A stretch of 64,000 nt of DNA from Octopus sinensis. Taxonomy: Eukaryota. The notes under the pieces are model-generated. The model did no database searches. It had not been told where the DNA came from and saw only the letters and a program-made list of their open reading frames with translations. The position numbers were made by a program, and so were the translations under genes. The stretch's first letter is position 1. Each line of letters starts with the position of its first letter. Shown here one piece after another: positions 12,597-24,729 of the stretch. The stretch spans positions 53,630,001 through 53,694,000 of the forward strand of contig NC_043010.1 in assembly GCF_006345805.1 (NCBI RefSeq), read 5' to 3'.

Positions 12597-13095
12597 CAGA
12601 AATAAAGCAACTGACACGTTCACAAACACACACACACACACACACACACATGTACACAAACAAAATCAGTCACAATTTCGTGTCGTTTTCCCTGCCTACC
12701 CCGGCTACACTACACCGGACGCAGAAAACCGACCCCGCCATCTTGAGACAGCGAAAACAAAAGCAACACCGTCTCTTTCATTTTGACAGACGGTATATTT
12801 GAAAACCAGCTGTTTATTTTGAATGTGTTTGTGCTCGGGTATTTTTTTTTTTTTCGTTTCTGTTCGTGTTAACATCTGTGTGTATGTGTGAAGAATATGG
12901 TGTTTGTGTTAATGATTAAGTTTATGAGAATGTGTGAGTTTGTGCGTGGTTAATTTCGTTCATTCTATCGAGATTGCTTAACGAGTCCGCACGATGGTCT
13001 ATTTGACAGACACGTCACTTAGAGCTCGAAGTTTCTCGTGTGAATAACAATTGATGTTTATTTCAAGAAAGTTATACACTTCGTTTCTTTTTTTC
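12597..13095 (+). repeat. Unclassified interspersed repeat
   Basis: 12597-12720 resembles 16268-16350 (AAAGCAACTGACA...CAGTCACAATTTCGTG). 12961-13095 matches 2897-3032 inverted. Confidence 0.55.
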
Positions 13096-13894
13096 TTTTT
13101 TTCACATAGGCGTAAACTATGTATATTAATATATGTACTCACACGTATATATTAATATACACACGTACCCATACACGTAGAAACCACTAGAAACACAAAC
13201 ACACACGCGCGCATCCATACACACACAGAGACACACACACACGCACACATAAACACAAACATAACACAAGCACATGCACAAACGCACACCCACACGCGTG
13301 CACACACACAAACACATCCACCGACACACAAACACACAAACGTACAAATATGTAAATATGTATATACCTTTATAAAAACATGACACAACTATATACATAT
13401 ATATATGCTTGTGTGCGTGTGTGTATATTTGCGTGCGCTTGAGTGTGTGTATAAAATTTTGTGTAATTTCATATAAAGGTGGGTGTTTGTGTGGTCTCTT
13501 TGTCTCTCTGTCTATCTGTCTGTCTGTCTCCCTCTGTATATATGTCTATACAAATATGTGTGTATATATTTATATATATGCATATATTCATATATATATG
13601 TATTTTTTATGTGTGTATATATATATACATATATATGTATGTATATTTATATATGTATATTTTTACATATAATTATATAATCACATAACTATATCACATA
13701 ATATACATGGGTGTATAAATTTAGAGATAAGAATACATCTGCGTTTTCTCCATTTTTCTTTTCTATCTTCTCTTTCTATATGTTATCCATCTATGTACCT
13801 ATCTGCTTGCTTGTCTGTCTGTGTGTCTGTCTGTCTACCATTCTCTCCATTTATCTATTTTGTAGCGTAGTATATACATATATATACATACATG

Positions 13895-13930
<36 letters not shown>

Positions 13931-14123
13931 CGCACACACATACACACACATATATATATATAAATGTATATATATATACATATAGACACATATATATATA
14001 TATGTATTATGTACTTTTATATATCTATATCTATCCATGTATCTATCAACTTATCTATCTATCTATCTATACACACACACACACACACATATATATACAT
14101 ATCTACATACATATATATATATG

Positions 14124-14154
<31 letters not shown>

Positions 14155-14404
14155 ATTCATATGTTAAATTTTAATTTATATAAATTATTTTATGTATTGG
14201 ATTAAGTCTTTCTTTGTTTGATTTGCATAATAGTGGTTTTGTCTCTAATTTGATATAAATATATTATATATGTACATATATATGCATATGCATATATATA
14301 TAACCGAACAATTTAAGCAAATACTTGAATTTCCGTAAGGAGACGTCTATATAGATATGCATGTACTTACTACTCATAATGTATATATATATATATATAT
14401 AATG

Positions 14405-14447
<43 letters not shown>

Positions 14448-14729
14448 ATATATATTATATTAAATAGAGACAAAACCACTATTATGCAAATCAAACAAAG
14501 AAAGATTTAAGCCAATATATATATATATTCAAATAATATATATAAATATATGAATGCAAATATAGATATGGGTATATGTTTAAATATATACAGATATAAA
14601 CATATGTAAATGGAGTTTCAGCGGGATAGTGTCTATAAATATATGCACATACACATTTAAGCACATAATCACATATGAGTATTATGTGTAAGTGCACATC
14701 ATGTGTTATAAGTGTATATGTACATATCC

Positions 14730-14773
<44 letters not shown>

Positions 14774-14933
14774 AAACAAGTCAAAATAGAAAATGCTAAA
14801 ATAATTTTATAGTGAACATTTCAGTACCGGTTTCGGTCATTTTGAGACCTTTTTTAACTGTAACGATTAAATAATTAAATTTAGAAAAATTAGAAGAAAA
14901 GTTTTTTTAAAGGAATATTTCTATAGTAGTGTT

Positions 14934-15358
14934 CAGTAGTACAGTAAAAACATGTGGAAGACCCAATTGCGGGATATGCGACTATCTAATTGAGGGATCA
15001 GAGTTCTCCTTCAAACAGGGACAACGGTTTACAGTGAAAAGCAACTTCACATGTGCTTCGGAGGACCTAATATTACTCGCTAACCTGCTCGGGTGTCAAG
15101 AGCAGTACATAGGCCAAACAAAAAAAGTTTGCGTAACGAATGGCCCTGCACAGAGCCCCAGATAAAAATTCCCCAAAACAGAAAAAATAGCTTTTAGCCA
15201 ACACATAGATACTTGCGCCAACAAAAAAACACCAAGCTTCAGGATTTTCCCCTCTACCAATTTAGGGACGATACAACCTCGAGACAACGAATAAGTAAAG
15301 AAACTCTCTTTATTACAAAATACAGGCCACTTCTTAACGGGTCTACGACAAACAATTA
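14934..15358 (+). pseudogene. Penelope-type GIY-YIG endonuclease domain, frameshifted
   Basis: KTCGRPNCGICDY..FTCASEDLILLANLLGCQEQYIGQTK, continuing out of frame to ..HIDTCANK..FRIFP..KETLFITKYRPLLN. The Cys cluster, YIGQT motif and P.LN ending are typical of PLE endonucleases. Confidence 0.85.
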
Positions 15359-16042
15359 ATATACCTCAACTTTAGAATAAAAGAAATATCACACAAAAAT
15401 TACATTCCAAAGAATCCATTACTAAATCCATAACATGCAAACTCCAAGTCACCATACCACACTCACTACTTTCACCATTCATATTCTCCCTTCTCTGTTT
15501 TTCTTCTTCTTCCTCTTCTTCTTCATCATCATCATTATCATCATCATCGTCGTCATCATCATCACCACCATCATCATCATCATCATCTTCTCCTTCTCCT
15601 TTTCTTTCTTCATCATCATCATCATCAACATCGTCACTTCTTTTCTTCTTCTTCTTCTTCTCCTCCTTCTTCTTCTTCTTTTTCTTCTTCTTCTACTTCT
15701 CACCTCTACCTCTTAACTTTGTCACTAATGCTTTTTAGTATAACACCTACGCAAATTCCATAAACAAGCCTTTCAATAGAAATATTCTCCTGAATTGAAC
15801 TGCGACTGCTATCGCCACTGACCATTCAAAGTACGACCATCAGGGCACTCCCAATTTTCCCACCCCCCTCATCAGCCTTCGTCTTCTTCTACCCTATCAA
15901 GAATTCACAACGACCTCCAACCACAAGTGCAAACAAGGGAGTCAGAGAAAGGCAGATGCCACTTATATGAAACACTACTATAGAAATATTCCTTTAAAAA
16001 AACTTTCTTCTAGTTTTTTCTAAATTAATTATTTAATCGTTA

Positions 16043-16079
16043 CAGTTGAAAAGGTCTCAAAATGACCGAAACCGTACTG
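16043..16079 (+). ncRNA. Minimal hammerhead motif with U3-A8 core in Penelope pLTR
   Basis: CAG-TTGAAAA-GGTC-TCAAAAT-GACC-GAAA-CCG-TA-CTG. Sister copies (14822-14860 and 56085-56121, both minus) retain the palindromic CCGG. Confidence 0.7.
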
Positions 16080-16202
16080 AAATGTTCACTATAAAATTAT
16101 TTTAGCATTTTCCCTGTTTCTGCCTTTCTCTGTCTCTCTTGTTTATTCTTGTTGGTATATATATATATACGCACAACATATATATATATATATATATATA
16201 TG

Positions 16203-16268
<66 letters not shown>

Positions 16269-16558
16269 AACAAAGCAACTGACAGGGTCACACACTCATG
16301 TAAACAAATAAAAACAGTCACAATTTCGTGCCGTATTCCTGCCTACACTGCATACCTCTCTGCGTACGTCCATTTATATTGTGACACAGTCCATTAGGAA
16401 TCTATTAAATTTTATTTAATTAACAGAAGTAGCTATAGTATCATAACGGACGTGAGCATACTAGTTCTCCGGTTCATACCAGTGTTTAGTGAAAACCAAG
16501 TATATTAGTTTATCATCGAAACGTATAGATATTTAAAAAAAATTATGAATGAAAAAGG

Positions 16559-16701
16559 TGAAGAAAACGTATAAAATGGACTTCCAGACGTTATCTATTA
16601 TATACAGTCCAGTTCATACTGAGAAATTCTTGTCTACAGCTGTATGATAGGAGTTTCTTTAGATAAATAACGTCTGTAAGTCAATTTATACATTGTCTTC
16701 A
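16559..16701. repeat. Imperfect inverted repeat (~35-bp arms)
   Basis: TGAAGAAAACGTATAAAATGGACTTCCAGACGTTAT pairs with ATAACGTCTGTAAGTCAATTTATACATTGTCTTCA. Confidence 0.75.
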
Positions 16702-16730
16702 TTTTCCCATATATATATATATATACATAC

Positions 16731-16786
<56 letters not shown>

Positions 16787-16789
16787 TGT

Positions 16790-16995
16790 ACTGTTTCAGT
16801 CATTTGACTGCGGCCATGCTGGAGCAACGCCTTTTAGAGTGGTGAAAGAGTACAGCAGGGATCACCACCTCCTGCCGGAGCCTCGTGGAGCTTTTAGGTG
16901 TTTTTTCGCTCAATAAACACCCACAACGCCCGGTCTGGGAATTGAAACCGCGATCCTCCGACCGCAAGTCCGCTGCCCTAACCACTAGGCCATTG
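16790..16995 (-). mobile_element. Chimeric SINE: family C head joined to family A tail
   Basis: 16845-16995 matches the head of 23935-24250. 16790-16842 matches the family A 3' end (GCTCCAGCATGGCCGCAGTCAAATGACTGAAACA). Confidence 0.75.
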
Positions 16996-17197
16996 AGTAG
17001 TTGAATGAATTATCTTATTATGGATAATTCGAATTAACCGATACTTGGGTAACAAATTCACATCAGAAAAAACACGGTTGAAGTTACGTGCCTAGGGCAT
17101 AGATTACGTGCTTTCGTGTGGAAATTTGTATGTTTATTTTAAAAATATAAATATATGAAAGAATGGAGTTGAACGACGAATTAATAAAATTCCTTTA

Positions 17198-17280
17198 TTT
17201 TCGACATATGTTTCGAAGGCTGCATATTCCTAATTGCGAAGGAATGAGGAGTAAATTATGCCGCTTTCTCATCAGGAAAA
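17198..17280 (-). ncRNA. Type-I hammerhead ribozyme with canonical core
   Basis: Minus strand UUUUC-CUGAUGA-GAAAGCGGCAUA...UAUGCAGCCUUC-GAAA-CAUAUG-UC^GAAAA. It has a 5-bp stem I, a G10.1-C11.1-closed long stem II, a palindromic stem III and a GUC cleavage triplet. Confidence 0.85.
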
Positions 17281-17351
17281 GCAAGGAACTTATGTCAACA
17301 TTAACATGCACAAAAAATGATTGCTCACACGGAGCCCATAGCGATCTAAAT

Positions 17352-17384
<33 letters not shown>

Positions 17385-17791
17385 GGTTGTATCGCACGTT
17401 CGACGTACGATATAACGGGATAATAATAATGTCCTCGCAAAAAGTTCTGCTCAAGATACCAGTAATAACCCTTGACAAAACGAAACTCTCGGCTTTACTC
17501 TGCTGTGGACTTTCTGCGTATATATAAATTTATATTGTGACACAGTCCATTAGGAGTCAAACAATGGGGATGTTCTACTTCCACACAACACACACACATA
17601 TCTATATCTATCTATCTGTCCATTTATATATATATCTATTTTTTATCTATCTATCATATCTATCTATCTATCTATCTATCATCTATCTATCTATCCATCC
17701 ATCTATCTATCTCTCTATCTATATATTCTATCATCTATCTATCTATCTATCTACATATGTATATATATATATATATAAGATATATATATAT

Positions 17792-17822
<31 letters not shown>

Positions 17823-18026
17823 GTTAATCCAAACAAGAAAACACAAAAAAACGCAATAACGCGAGGGAGGTGGAACAAATATAGTATTATTGGACGCTCA
17901 GGAAAGAAGGAAACAAGGAGGGTTTAACGTTTCGAGCGGAGCTCTTCGTCGGAAACATAGAAGAAGGAAAGATCCAGAGAAGGGAAGACAGAGGATAAAA
18001 AATCGCCAACAGTACACACGAGGTCA
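17823..18026 (-). mobile_element. Short Penelope-like terminal fragment with minimal hammerhead motif (17922-17956)
   Basis: GTTT-CCGACGA-A-GAGC-TCC-GCTC-GAAA-CG-TT-AAAC. Homologous to 5013-5220 and bounded by (TA)n. Confidence 0.7.
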
Positions 18027-18343
18027 TATATATATATATATATGTCTATTTATAGTGAAGAGATGACACAATATCGGTAAAGAAGGGGGAGAGATTTGAA
18101 AAGAAAATACGAAACTGGTTATTTCTCCCAAAACAATGTTACTATACAGAACATTTTATAACGTCCTTCTAACATAATGATTTAAATACATTTATTAACC
18201 ATATAACACAAGACTTCTGTAGCCTTTCACCCTTTTTGGTCTTTTATACATTTATCCACTTGTCTCACATACCAACTCTCTCTCTCTATATATATATGTA
18301 TATATATATATAATATAGATATATATATTATATATATATATAC

Positions 18344-18375
<32 letters not shown>

Positions 18376-18447
18376 TATTATATCTATAATATATTAATAA
18401 TAATATATATATATATATATATAGATATATACGTATATGTGTAATTG

Positions 18448-18657
18448 TGTGGATTTGTGTCTGTGTCTGTCACACCATCAGAACTTATCAATCGGTATTG
18501 GTGTCTTTACGTTCCTCTAAATCTGTAAATTAGCGGTTCGGCAAAGAGACACCGATAGAATAATTATTATACTCAAGAATCAGTTACTGGGGTAGATTTA
18601 TTCGACTAAAGCCTTCAGGCGCTGCCTCAGCATGACCGCAATCTAAAGAAAGATAAA
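18448..18657 (+). mobile_element. Degraded 3' half of family A SINE
   Basis: TTAGCGGTTCGGCAAAGAGACACCGATAGAATAA...CAGCATGACCGCA homology. Confidence 0.65.
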
Positions 18658-18663
18658 GCGATA

Positions 18664-18774
<111 letters not shown>

Positions 18775-18780
18775 CGTATA

Positions 18781-19182
18781 CTCTTTTACTCTTTTACTTG
18801 TTTCAGTTATTTGACAGCTGGCGCAGCGCCTTTAGTCGAGCAAATCGACCCCAGGACTTATTCTTTGTAAGCCTAGTACTTATTCTATCGGTCTCTTTTG
18901 CTGAACTGCTAAGTTACGGGGACGTAAACACACCAGCATCGGTTGTCAAGCGCTGTTAAGGGGACAAACACAGACACACAAACATATACACACACATACA
19001 CACATATATACATATATACGATGGGCTTCTTTCAGTTTCCGTCTAACAAATCTATTAACAAGGCTTTGCTCGGCCTGAGGCTATAAGTAGAAGACACTTG
19101 CCCAAGGTGCCGCGCAGTGGGACTCAACCTGGAACCAGTGGCTGGTAAGCAACCTACTTACCACACACCCACTCCTACACCT
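18781..19182 (-). mobile_element. tRNA-derived SINE, family A
   Basis: Full-length homology with tail AAGTAAAAGAGTAAAAGAG. Confidence 0.85.
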
Positions 19183-20173
19183 ATGTCGTATTATAATGAT
19201 ATATATGTTATATTATAATATTATACGTTATATTATAATTATATATATGTACATTTTTATACTAGATTGTGTGTCTGAAATTTTTTAGTACGCCTTCTCA
19301 TTTTTGATGTATACAGGTACGTATATTTTGTAAATTAAAACCCATGAGTTTACCTGTTTATTTGAATCATTGTCTCCATATCTGCTCGTTTGGATTTTCT
19401 TTATAGCAACTCTTTACTCTGCTGACTTGGTCTTCGTTGAAGATATCAATGTTTAAGTTCAAATCGTTTGGGTTCTACAAGTGTGGTTGGTAAGCAAGCT
19501 ACTTACCACACAGCCACTCCTGCGACTTTTCTTAGAGAAAAATATTGTTATGCACAGGCACCGACGCAGATTAGAAAACTTGTAAAATGCAACTTCATAA
19601 AAGTACTCAATATTTTGCAAAACAAATACGTGAATTCAAATAAGAAGTTATGGTGTTGCTGCTACATCTTTTCAAAGAAAACATCGAAATTGTTTTATAT
19701 AGGTCTTATATTTTACTGTAATCTATTTTTGTTTCATAAAACAAAAATAATGTATTAATTCAAAAAATAGTTATTTTTTAATCAATCAATTTTAACAATG
19801 CTTCCAGGTAGGGAATATTTTTTTTAACAGGCAATACGAAAAGAAAAAAAATCCAGAAAATGTTATAAGAATATGACCTTCTATTAGAATAGATGTACTT
19901 TTCTGAAGAATTCCTCAAGACTAGAAGCAAAATTGTAGCCTACAACTTAAAACAGACATGTATTCACTAATGTGCAAGAATATATATATATAAATCCTTT
20001 TCTGTCTGTGTGTCTGTCGTATGTATGGACGTACGTATGTATGTATGCAAGTTTGTGTATATGCACGTACGTATTTATATATAAGATTTATAGAGAGAGA
20101 GAGAGAGAGAGTGAAGAAGAAACTCATAATATATATAGATATATATATATATATATATATATATAGTATTATA

Positions 20174-20214
<41 letters not shown>

Positions 20215-20551
20215 ATATATATGTATATATATGTATATATATATATATATGTATATATATATGTCTATTATATATATAATGTATATATATATATATGTAT
20301 ATATGCATACATATATATACATACAGACACACACACACATATATATATATAATATATACATATTTATATCTATTGATATTTTATACACTAGTAAGGCAAC
20401 ACACCCACATACGAACGCATACACACACAGACACACACAAATAATATATATATATATATAATCATTGATACATGCACACACAGAAACATAATGTGTGTGT
20501 GTATGACTCTGTGTACACGTATCAATTAATTATATATATATATATATATAT

Positions 20552-20584
<33 letters not shown>

Positions 20585-21285
20585 GGTTATATATGCGTGT
20601 GGAAGCATATCCATTTCCTTCTTTCGTCTCTCTTCCTTTGACAGAACGTAACAATGGAATTTTGAATTAAACAATTCTGCGGAAAATCCATAAACTATCC
20701 TGCTGAGATTCTTTTCATTTCAGGTTAAATGAATAGAAAAGAAAAACAGGAATTTATATCTGTTTATTCTTATATTTCTATAGAGCCCAGTATTTCGAAA
20801 GACATGGCTCCAGGCTTTGAAAAACGCTCATTATAATTTCCATGGAGATACACTGATTGATTATGCAACAAGTTTATCAAAATTACATATTTCTACTCAT
20901 TCTTTTTTAACTAAAATTTGAATTTCTTAACATTTTATTAAGGAAAATGTACTTAGTCTTCCAAATTCAATACTTGTATTTTTTAATAAATGTAGGGCAT
21001 TACTTTAGATTTCTTTGTCAATATTAGAGTACTTAAAGACAAGCTCATGTTTGGGATTACACATATTGAATGTGTGGAGATGTTGATAACGTATAGACCA
21101 TTTCTTCCTTGTAACATAAGGTGAGCAAACATCACCCGGGAGTTGTTATTGAGAACCACAGTGTCTTAGACATGGAATTAATTTCTATGATATGTTTTTC
21201 CGTTGCTGTTGTTGAAGTATTTCTGCTAGGCACAATTCGTTGCATATGGCGTATATAATACTGAGAGAAAGAATTATATATATAT

Positions 21286-21317
<32 letters not shown>

Positions 21318-21341
21318 ATCTATATATATATGTGTGTGTGT

Positions 21342-21385
<44 letters not shown>

Positions 21386-21594
21386 TGTACGTGTAATTAT
21401 CCGTACAACTCATAGTAAAGTGAATAAAATTAAAATAAGCAACAGGGTATCAAGAGGTGATGCAGTGTGATTCCATTTAATTGAACAATGCAATCATTAC
21501 ATCAATTCAAATGCAGAGCTATCCTCAGCTGCATAAATAAATAGAATTTTTTTATCAGTTGGACATATTAATATAATTTTACTCAAATTCTCTA

Positions 21595-21885
21595 ATAGAG
21601 CAAGAGGAAATAAAAGTCCAGATGTTTGCACTGTCCGAGTTATGCGAGGTGCTGGATGTGAGACTGACCATAAGCTCATACGCAGTAAATTGTAACTCTG
21701 CATCGGACGTAGAATAAAATATGGAGGAATAAAAGTCCTTAAACGTATTGATCTGTTGAAATTAGAGGACTCTACGGTGCAAGTGAATCTTAGAAATGCT
21801 ATTGGAGATGCGATATTCGATGGAACTTCGGCTCAGTTTAAGACCACTATTTACAATGTTCGAATTGAGATTGTTGGTCTCAGAT
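21595..21885 (+). pseudogene. RTE-clade LINE fragment (end of APE endonuclease and linker)
   Basis: DVCTVRVMRGAGCETDHKLIRSKL*LCI..KRIDLLKLED matches the RTE/BovB-type 'RVMRGADC.TDH.L.RSKL' motif. Confidence 0.7.
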
Positions 21886-22182
21886 ACAGATATTTTTTGG
21901 AAGAAAGGAAGCGAATGTATATGGAAAGGAAGGAAACGTAGATCCGCATGACCCGCCCTTGTTTTTTCCTGTCCTTTTTTGTGTCACATTCTGTCCGAAT
22001 GTTTTATTGTTGCCTGTTACGTTCTTGTTCCATTTTTTGCTTCGATTTTTTATATGTACCTATAGCGGCGTACATACACGTTTGGTCTCCTGTATGTATA
22101 TATATTTATATATATATATGATTCTATCTCCTGCCCAAGACGGCATGGGTGTTAGGTTTTTGCAGAAAATCCTACACAAATG

Positions 22183-22342
22183 TAGGTGTGGCTGTGTGGT
22201 AAGTAGTGTTTTACCAACCACATGGTTCCGGGTTCAGTACCACTGCGTGACAACTTGGCAAGTGTCTCTCCTATAGCCTCGGGCCGACCAAAGCCTTGTG
22301 AGTGGATTTGGTAGACGGAAACTGAAGGAAGAGCCCGTCGGA

Positions 22343-22395
<53 letters not shown>

Positions 22396-22650
22396 GTATA
22401 TATATATATATATGTGTGTCTGTGGTGTGTGTGTGTGTTGTGTGTGTCTGATTTGTCCCCCTTAGCATGTGACAACCGATGCTGGTGTATTTACGTCCCG
22501 TCACTTAGCGGTTCGGCAAAAAGAGACCGTAAAATAAGTACTGGGTACAAAGAATATGTCCCCAGGGTCGATTGCTCGACTAAAGGCGGTGCTCCAGCAT
22601 GGCCGCAGTCAAAATGACTGAAACAAGTAAAAGAGTAAAAGAGTAAAGAG
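22183..22650 (+). mobile_element. Family A SINE flanked by a 71-bp direct repeat
   Basis: 22112-22182 and 22651-22721 are identical apart from one mismatch. Confidence 0.9.
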
Positions 22651-23020
22651 ATATATATGATTCTATCTCCTGCCCAAGACGGCATGGGTGTTAGGTTTTT
22701 GCTGAAAATCCTACACAAATGATGTGCTTAAAGTAATGAAATACATGTGGTGTACATTAGCTCAGTCCCTTGCTTAGATCGTCATTGTCTGTACGGGTGT
22801 ACAATTGTATCACACGTCAGATTTTCAGATGATTGCAAAGCAACATCGTGTTTTACTCAAGTTCCCAACGCACAGACCGGCCCGAATATCCTACTCACGA
22901 TCTAGTGATTCTGAGTGCATCACGCGAAACACTAGTCTTCTCGCCTTTACACACATACACACACGTACACATTCGCAGACGCACAGACACACACACACAC
23001 CAAAGCGCGCGTACTCAAGC

Positions 23021-23056
<36 letters not shown>

Positions 23057-23137
23057 TCATATGGGGTGAATCCCGGGTGGTTTGAGACTTTTTGCAAGAG
23101 GAGATTATAGCTGTTCTAGATTATTATATTTTTATCA

Positions 23138-23526
23138 CTGGATGGAAGCACTCCGTCGGTTACGACGACGAGAATTCCGGTTGATCCGAATCAACGGAAC
23201 AGCCTGCTCGTGAAATTAACGTGTAAGTGGCTGAGCACTCCACAGACACGTGTACCCTTAACGTAGTTCTCGGGGATATTCAGCGTGACACAGAGTAGTG
23301 ACAAGGCCGGCCCTTTGAATACAGGTACAACAGAAACAGGAAGTAAGAGTGAGAGAAAGTTGTGGTTGAAAGAGTAAGCAGGGATCACCACCATCCCTGC
23401 CGAGCCTCGTGGAGCTTTTAGGTGTTTTCGCTCAATAACACCTCACAACGCCCGGTCTGGAATCGAAACCGCGATCCTATGACCGCGAGTCCACTGCCCT
23501 AACCACTGGGCTATTGCGCCTCCACA
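23138..23526 (-). mobile_element. tRNA-derived SINE, family C head with long tail
   Basis: Head GTGGAGGCGCAATAGCCCAGTGGTTAGGGCAG...GGTTTCGATTCC. The tail is shared with 49348-49496. Imperfect TSD ATTTTTRTCRCT. Confidence 0.8.
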
Positions 23527-23930
23527 TTTTTGTCGCTATACATATAATAAGCTGATCCACCAACTTTTATTATTCAAGATTGAAGGAAACGTCTGTAACT
23601 CCACTTTTAATTACTTTTCACAGCTGACCAAGCAGAATGCAGACAGGAGGAGACGACTGTGTGGATACTCGCAATTATTTTTGTATTACATTGGGCAAAT
23701 AAAAAGAACAGAAAATGCTACGGAGACAAATGGAAACAGAAATGCTACTGGATGCTTATGGATTAAATTGTAAGAGCTGGACATTATTATTTTTGGTGGC
23801 ACAAAATGTGCAAGGAGAGTAGAGAGAAGCTGAGAGACCATGAGAGTTGTGGGAGGGCGAGGAACGTCAGAATATCAGAACTGGTTGATAAAATTTACAA
23901 ATTTCTGGCTGAAGACAGTTGAGAATCTAT

Positions 23931-24249
23931 ATTTATTTATTTATTTATGAGGCCTTTTCAAGCATAGCTAGGCTCATGGGTCCGGTTTCCCGGTTTCTAT
24001 AGCGAATGTGTTCCCCCAAGCTGGACGGGACGCCAGTCCATCGAAGCGTTACTCAAGAAACAGGAAGAGTGAGAGAAAGTTGGGGCGAAAGAGTACAACA
24101 GGGGTTCGACACCACCTCCTGCCGGAGCCTCGTGGAGCTTTTAGGAGTTTTTGCTCAATAAACACTCACAACGCCCGGTCTGGGAATCGAAACCGCGATC
24201 CTCCGACCGCGAGTCCGCTGCCCTAACCACTGGGTCATTGCGCCTCCGT
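23931..24249 (-). mobile_element. Family C SINE with 10-bp TSD, nested in mariner
   Basis: tRNA-like head, (TAAA)n tail, flanked by GAATCTATAT. Confidence 0.85.
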
Positions 24250-24496
24250 GAATCTATATACGCAATAAATATACAGTTTAGAACCCGTTTGGTAAATCTA
24301 CGCAAAATTATTTATATGGATCTGAACGTGCGCAAAATTTGCACAGATTTCGATCGCAGGTGGTTCACTTTCGAACACAACCAAAGGCATGTTGGTGGCA
24401 GCAGGAGTATGGACGACGTCATTAGCTCCAATCCAATAGTAATAAAGTCTGCGGTGACTTGTGACGAAAGCAGTTATGATCCAGATACCAAGATAC

Positions 24497-24729
24497 CTAT
24501 TTCTTTACTACCCACAAGGGGCTAAACACAGAGGGGACAAACAAGGGCAGACAAACGGATTAAGTCGATTATATCGACCTCAGTGCGTAACTGGTACTTA
24601 ATTTATCGACCCCGAAAGGATGAAAGGCAAAGTCGACCTCGGCGGAATTTGAACTCCGAACGTAGCGGCAGACGAAATACCGTTAAGCATTTCGCCCGGC
24701 TTGTTAACGTTTCTGCCAGCTTGCCGCCT
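24497..24729 (-). mobile_element. Family B SINE with 12-bp TSD, nested in mariner
   Basis: Reverse complement of the 4018-4250 type, flanked by ATACCAAGATAC. Confidence 0.9.

Larger units (their letters stand above)
14769..16150 (+). mobile_element. 5'-truncated Penelope-like retroelement with inverted terminal (pLTR) repeats
   Basis: GIY-YIG endonuclease remnant at 14934-15358, then a microsatellite-rich 3' UTR. 14789-14933 is the reverse complement of 15971-16112, and both arms carry hammerhead motifs. (TA)n on both sides. Confidence 0.85.
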
